Assembly (NCBI GenBank): GCA_035540975.1
Contig: DATLFN010000152.1
Span: 1,541 to 65,540 of the forward strand
Reading direction: 5' to 3'
Origin: Acidimicrobiales bacterium
GTDB taxonomy: Bacteria; Actinomycetota; Acidimicrobiia; Acidimicrobiales; GCA-2861595
Length of the DNA stretch: 64,000 nucleotides
Shown: positions 60,456 through 64,000 of the stretch, piece after piece
How positions within the stretch are numbered: position 1 is the stretch's first letter
Layout: every line of letters starts with the position of its first letter
Notes under the pieces: model-generated
The model's input: the letters and a program-made list of their open reading frames with translations, nothing else
What the model was told of the DNA's origin: nothing
Databases searched by the model: none
Program-made: the position numbers and the translations under genes

Positions 60456-60532
60456 CCCCGCACCCCCGCTGACCTGCGGTTTTGTGGTGGTCGGGACCGG
60501 CGTCGATCCGGTGACCTCGCGCTTTTCAGGCG
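60456..60532. repeat. tRNA-proximal att site (overlaps tRNA-Phe)
   Basis: Direct repeat of 50456-50532. Confidence 0.9.
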
Positions 60533-60560
60533 CGCGCTCTACCAACTGAGCTACCCGACC
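60485..60560 (-). tRNA. tRNA-Phe (GAA), CCA encoded
   Basis: Hand-folded GGTCGGG-TA-GCTC-AGTTGGTA-GAGC-G-CGCGC-CTGAAAA-GCGCG-AGGTC-ACCGG-ATCGACG-CCGGT-CCCGACC-A-CCA. All four stems pair. The T-loop starts with A rather than T. Confidence 0.88.
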
Positions 60561-60561
60561 G

Positions 60562-60636
60562 CGGTCCTGACGGGATTTGAACCCGCGACCTCCGGCTTGA
60601 CAGGCCGGCGTGCACTCCAAACTGCACCACAGGACC
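60562..60636 (-). tRNA. tRNA-Asp (GTC)
   Basis: Hand-folded GGTCCTG-TG-GTGC-AGTTTGGAGT-GCAC-G-CCGGC-CTGTCAA-GCCGG-AGGTC-GCGGG-TTCAAAT-CCCGT-CAGGACC-G. No encoded CCA. It is 1 nt from tRNA-Phe. Confidence 0.9.
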
Positions 60637-60723
60637 TTGGGACCTGCTGTCGCCAAGGCGTGTTGAACCGGGGGACACCTTAGCGGAGCGCCCGGAGGGC
60701 GAGGCCGGCGATCGCCGCACCGG

Positions 60724-61896
60724 TCAGTCGGCCCGGCGCCCGGACGACGACATCGCCGGCTCGGCGCCGTCCCAACCGTCCCCGTCCCGACCGTCCCCGT
60801 CCCGGTCGCCGTTCCGGCCGCCGCCGGGCCGGCCGCCGCGGCCGTCGAGCCCGTCGGCCCCGGGCAACCCGCCGGCGTTGCGGTGCCAGATGGTGCGCTG
60901 CGGGAAGGGGATCTCGATGCCCACCTCGTCGAAGGCCGCCTTGATCCGGGCCCGCAGATGGCGGGCCACCTCGAACTGCTTGGAGGGGAGCGTCTTCACG
61001 ACGACCCGGATCGTCATCCCGTCGGCGCCCAGGTTCTCCACGCCCCACACCTGGGGCTCCTCGAGGATGATGTCCTGCCACTGCTCGCTCTCCCACTCGG
61101 CGACGATCGTCCGCTTGATGACCTCGCCGGCGAAGTCCACGTCCGTGTCGTAGGCGACGTCGACGTCCAGCAGGGCACGCGACCACTGCTGCGACTTGTT
61201 GCCGATGCGGTCGATCGTCCCGTTGGGCACGTGCCAGACCACCCCGTTCACGTCCCGGAGCCGGGTGGTGCGCAGGCTCACCGCCTCCACCACGCCGGTG
61301 GCGGGGCCGACGTCGATGACGTCTCCCACGCCGTACTGGTCCTCGGCCAGCATGAAGATGCCCGAGATGAAGTCGCGCACGAGGTTCTGGGCGCCGAACC
61401 CCAGGGCGACGCCGACGATGCCGGCACCGGCGATGAGCGGCCCGAGGTGGAGGCCCAGCTCCGCCAGCACCATCAGCAGGGCGACGGCCCAGACGCCGAA
61501 CCCGGCGATGCTGCGGATGAGGTCGCCGATGGTCTCGGCCCGCTTGGCCGCCCGGCTCCCGGGCGCCTCGCCGGTCGGGACCAGTGCGGCGGGCGCGTGC
61601 TCGCGGAAGGCGCCCAGGCGGCGCTGGCCGTGCTCGCCCTTGACCCCGGCCACGAACCGGGCGACCGCCCGGGCGATCAGCCGGGTCGCCACCCATGCCA
61701 GCCCGATGACGAGCACGACCTTGGCCGGCTTGACCACGACCGTCTCGGCCATGCTGGCCAGGAACTCGTTGTCCGTCGCCCCGAGCACCGCCCGGCACAC
61801 CGACGAGCTCTCCTCCGGGGTGCCGCACGCCGCACGCTCGGCGGCGGTCCCCTCTGCGGTCTGGGCGAGCAGCAGCGCGGCGAGTGCGAGATCCAT
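60724..61896 (-). CDS. Mechanosensitive channel, MscS family
   Basis: GAGIVGVALGFGAQNLVRDFISGIFMLAEDQYGVGDVI...GVVEAVSLRTTRLRD is the MscS pore/beta-domain signature. ATG 61896. Gly/Asp/Arg-rich tail. Confidence 0.88.
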   Translation of the reverse strand: MDLALAALLLAQTAEGTAAERAACGTPEESSSVCRAVLGATDNEFLASMAETVVVKPAKVVLVIGLAWVATRLIARAVARFVAGVKGEHGQRRLGAFREHAPAALVPTGEAPGSRAAKRAETIGDLIRSIAGFGVWAVALLMVLAELGLHLGPLIAGAGIVGVALGFGAQNLVRDFISGIFMLAEDQYGVGDVIDVGPATGVVEAVSLRTTRLRDVNGVVWHVPNGTIDRIGNKSQQWSRALLDVDVAYDTDVDFAGEVIKRTIVAEWESEQWQDIILEEPQVWGVENLGADGMTIRVVVKTLPSKQFEVARHLRARIKAAFDEVGIEIPFPQRTIWHRNAGGLPGADGLDGRGGRPGGGRNGDRDGDGRDGDGWDGAEPAMSSSGRRAD

Positions 61897-62056
61897 GACC
61901 CTCCTTGGCGAGCCTCGTGGGTGCGGGGCGGCCGCCCGCGGTCGTCCGTGGCCGGGCCGATGGCGCGACCCAGCCGGTCGCCCCTCGTGTGTCCTACCCC
62001 GCGGCGCCTGGGTAGGAATCCCATGCCTGTCGTCGTTTGTCGTCAAGGAGGACCCG

Positions 62057-62437
62057 ATGCCGAAGGACACCAGGGAGGACCTCCCGGGGACCGTGCAGCG
62101 GTCGCCGGCCAAGGCCCGCCGCACGTTCGCGAAGACGCTGGAATCGGCACACGAACAGTACGACTCCGAGGAGCGCGCGCACCGCACGGCGTTCGCGGCG
62201 CTCAAGCACAGCTTCGAGAAGGTGGGCGACCACTGGGAGCCCAAGGACGGCAAGGGCCCGTCCGACGACCGGGCGAAGCGCCGGGGCCGCAAGGGCGGCG
62301 AGTCGGCCGGGGGCGTCGACGTGCTCGGCCGCACCAAGGCGGAGCTCTACGAGCGGGCCAAGCGGCTGGGCGTACGCGGGCGGTCGCGGATGTCCAAGCA
62401 CGAGTTGGGGAAGGCGATCGCCCGCAAGCAGGACTGA
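62057..62437 (+). CDS. ChaB-like protein with C-terminal Rho-N/SAP-like motif
   Basis: MPKDTREDLPGTVQRSPAKARRTFAKTLESAHEQY...AFAALKHSFEKVGDHW (ChaB pattern) and KAELYERAKRLGVRGRSRMSKHELGKAI. ATG follows AAGGAGGA. Confidence 0.7.
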   Translation: MPKDTREDLPGTVQRSPAKARRTFAKTLESAHEQYDSEERAHRTAFAALKHSFEKVGDHWEPKDGKGPSDDRAKRRGRKGGESAGGVDVLGRTKAELYERAKRLGVRGRSRMSKHELGKAIARKQD

Positions 62438-62471
62438 CGGCCGGCGGCGCGCCCGGCGACGCTTCAGCTCA

Positions 62472-62535
62472 GCCCACGGGAAGGTCCGCGGCCGCCGCGG
62501 ACGGCCCACGGGAAGGTCCGCGGCCGCCGCGGACG
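62472..62535. repeat. Two perfect tandem 32-nt units, each with a GC hairpin
   Basis: (gcccacgggaaggtccgcggccgccgcggacg)x2. Each unit contains GTCCGCGGC/GCCGCGGAC. A partial third unit (gcccc) follows. Confidence 0.85.
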
Positions 62536-63100
62536 GCCCCGGTCCGCTGCCAGGGCGCGCCACGGTGATGGCCGCCGCGGAGCGGGCCAGCCGGAGCGAC
62601 TGGGCGCACGGTCGGTGAGGGCCGTACCGGGTTGCTGGCGTGTGCCCTCGTCACGCGCTCGATCCCGGGCGCACCGTTCGGGCGGCGGGCGCCGACCTCG
62701 CCGAGCAGGCGACCGACCACCCCGAGGCCCTCGACCGGGCTCTCGCGCTGCTGCTGCGCCGGGCCCGCGAGCGGCCGGTCATCGGCCTGTTCCTCCCCGG
62801 ACGGCGCTTCTCACCGCCGCGGGCGACGGTAGCCGGGGCGGGCACGTCGGGGCTGCGGTGGATCGTCGGCCCCCTCGAGGGCACCACCAGGAGCCTCGCA
62901 CGATTCTCCCCGTTGTCAACCCCGGCGGCGACCGGGGCGCACCGGGGGCCGGGCTACTGTCGCCGGGCGGGCCCGGCGGTTCCCGGCCCACCCGAGGATG
63001 TCGTCCGATCGCTCGTCGTCCCACGCCCGACCCCAGCCGAGTCCGCCGCCCGGGGCGGCCCCCGCGTCGGCCGCGCGCCGGCGCTAGCGGCTAGCCGGCC

Positions 63101-64000
63101 GTGGCCGAGGTCGACGAGCTCGGCGGAGCCGAGGCGCGGCCGCTGCCGCCGCTCGGTGGACCGGTGGCCGCCGGCGTGGCGATCGGCGTCGTCGCCCTGC
63201 TCGCCGGCCTCCTCCTCGCTCCGGCGCGGACGGCCGACCCGGCGGAGCTGACCCAAAACGGTGCCCACAACTTCCGACCGGAGTGGGACGCGGCGGTGTA
63301 CTTCGCGGCGGCCGCCGTCGGTGTCGCCGCCACCGCCGTCCTCTCGAGGCGCGGGCGGAGTCGGGACCGAGGGTGGCCGGCGGTGTCGTTCGCCGTACCC
63401 CTCCTGGCGGCCGCCGCGGCCACCGGGGCGTTCGTCTCGGCGCGGGCCTCCCCCCCCACCGGCGCCGGGAGCCGGCTCGCGTGGGCGGGCGCCGCCCTCG
63501 TCCTCGTCGCCGCCTGCGCGGCCGCCGCCCGAGCCGCACGGGCGGGCCTCCGTGTGCCGTGGCGCTCGCCGCTCGACGTCCCTCGGCGCCAGCGGCGCCT
63601 GGGCCTCGTCGACCTGGTCGTGCCCGCCCTGCTCGTCGCTTTCCTCTACACGCCGGCGTGGCCGGAGCTGGCCGGGAACGCCTTCGCCGGTGAGGGGGCG
63701 CTCCACCTCGACTTCTTCGGGCTGGGGCCGACGCTGGCCTACGACTCGGGGCTCGCCCTCGGCACCGAGGTCCACCCGTACTACGGGGTGGGTTGGCCGA
63801 TGGTGTTCGCACGTCTCGACGTCCTGTCCTACGGCCACCTGATCCGATTCGAGGCGCTGTACGCGTGTTCGTACTTCATCGGCGTCTACCTCCTCGTGCG
63901 CCGCCTGACCGGAGACCGGCGGTGGGGGGCGGTCGGAGCCGGTCTCGCCGTGCTCCTCCAGCTGTTCACCCTCTTCCCGTCCGAGCTCGTGCTGTGGCGG
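63101..64000 (+). CDS. Polytopic membrane protein, function unknown (3' end outside window)
   Basis: Not in the ORF track (no stop in window). My reading from GTG 63101, just after an in-frame TAG, gives VAEVDELGG...VAAGVAIGVVALLAGLLLAP...VYFAAAAVGVAATAVL...LVVPALLVAFLYTPAW...YFIGVYLLVRRL...GLAVLLQLFTLF. High GC3 throughout. Confidence 0.6.
   Translation, partial: MAEVDELGGAEARPLPPLGGPVAAGVAIGVVALLAGLLLAPARTADPAELTQNGAHNFRPEWDAAVYFAAAAVGVAATAVLSRRGRSRDRGWPAVSFAVPLLAAAAATGAFVSARASPPTGAGSRLAWAGAALVLVAACAAAARAARAGLRVPWRSPLDVPRRQRRLGLVDLVVPALLVAFLYTPAWPELAGNAFAGEGALHLDFFGLGPTLAYDSGLALGTEVHPYYGVGWPMVFARLDVLSYGHLIRFEALYACSYFIGVYLLVRRLTGDRRWGAVGAGLAVLLQLFTLFPSELVLWR

Larger units (their letters stand above)
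50456..60532. mobile_element. Integrative mobilizable element (about 10 kb) inserted in the 3' end of tRNA-Phe
   Basis: 77-nt direct repeats; tyrosine integrase and excisionase next to the intact tRNA; a MobF/TrwC relaxase. No T4SS, coupling protein or FtsK-like translocase seen. Confidence 0.8.

Noticed and set aside
50456-60456. The att repeats are offset by exactly 10,000 nt
   Set aside because: It is striking, but I see no biological mechanism that would set a round decimal length. The element's content (indels, pseudogene, divergent arm) looks naturally evolved. I treat it as coincidence.
62640-63251. 203-aa + ORF (…ADLAEQATDHPEALDRALALLLRRARERPVIGLF…) between the tandem repeat and the terminal membrane-protein gene
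   Set aside because: The first ~60 codons have high GC3 and a protein-like sequence. The rest is low-complexity and overlaps the better-supported gene starting at 63101 by 150 nt. I recognise no motif. It may be a short real gene or a remnant, but I cannot support a call.

Overview
Very GC-rich bacterial chromosome segment (a visual estimate; nothing was computed). The gene content looks actinobacterial: an HspR-type dnaK operon, a BldC-like gene, ECF sigma factors and LPXTG proteins. All family names rest on motifs I recognise in the supplied translations; no searches were run.

Left to right, the backbone contains:
- an HdrD-like Fe-S protein, truncated at the window edge;
- gpmA, then dnaK-grpE-dnaJ-hspR;
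- an LPXTG surface protein plus a caspase-like peptidase;
- clpB;
- a long purine cluster: purA-D-E-B-C-S-Q chained by 4-nt start/stop overlaps, then purL, purF and purM;
- zwf;
- a decayed zone (26.8-32.4 kb): frameshifted DUF3291, pncB and pncA surrounding an intact, stand-alone [NiFe]-hydrogenase large-subunit homologue;
- Val/Leu dehydrogenase plus a fused E1 alpha/beta;
- a bldC-like gene, a HAD hydrolase, an S8 protease, a PQQ-type sugar dehydrogenase and NfeD/SPFH;
- an ECF sigma with its membrane partner, a FAD/BBE oxidase and a Pro/Thr-repeat protein;
- an ABC-2 transporter.

An integrative mobilizable element occupies 50,456-60,532. It is bounded by 77-nt direct repeats in the 3' end of tRNA-Phe and carries int, xis, a MobF relaxase, DUF433/PIN-like pairs and an amidohydrolase. 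An older, decayed int-plus-TA remnant lies beside it. After it come tRNA-Phe, tRNA-Asp, mscS, a ChaB-like gene and a membrane protein that runs off the window.

I saw no rRNA or CRISPR. Many long ORFs in the supplied track are antisense or out-of-frame shadows typical of high-GC DNA.
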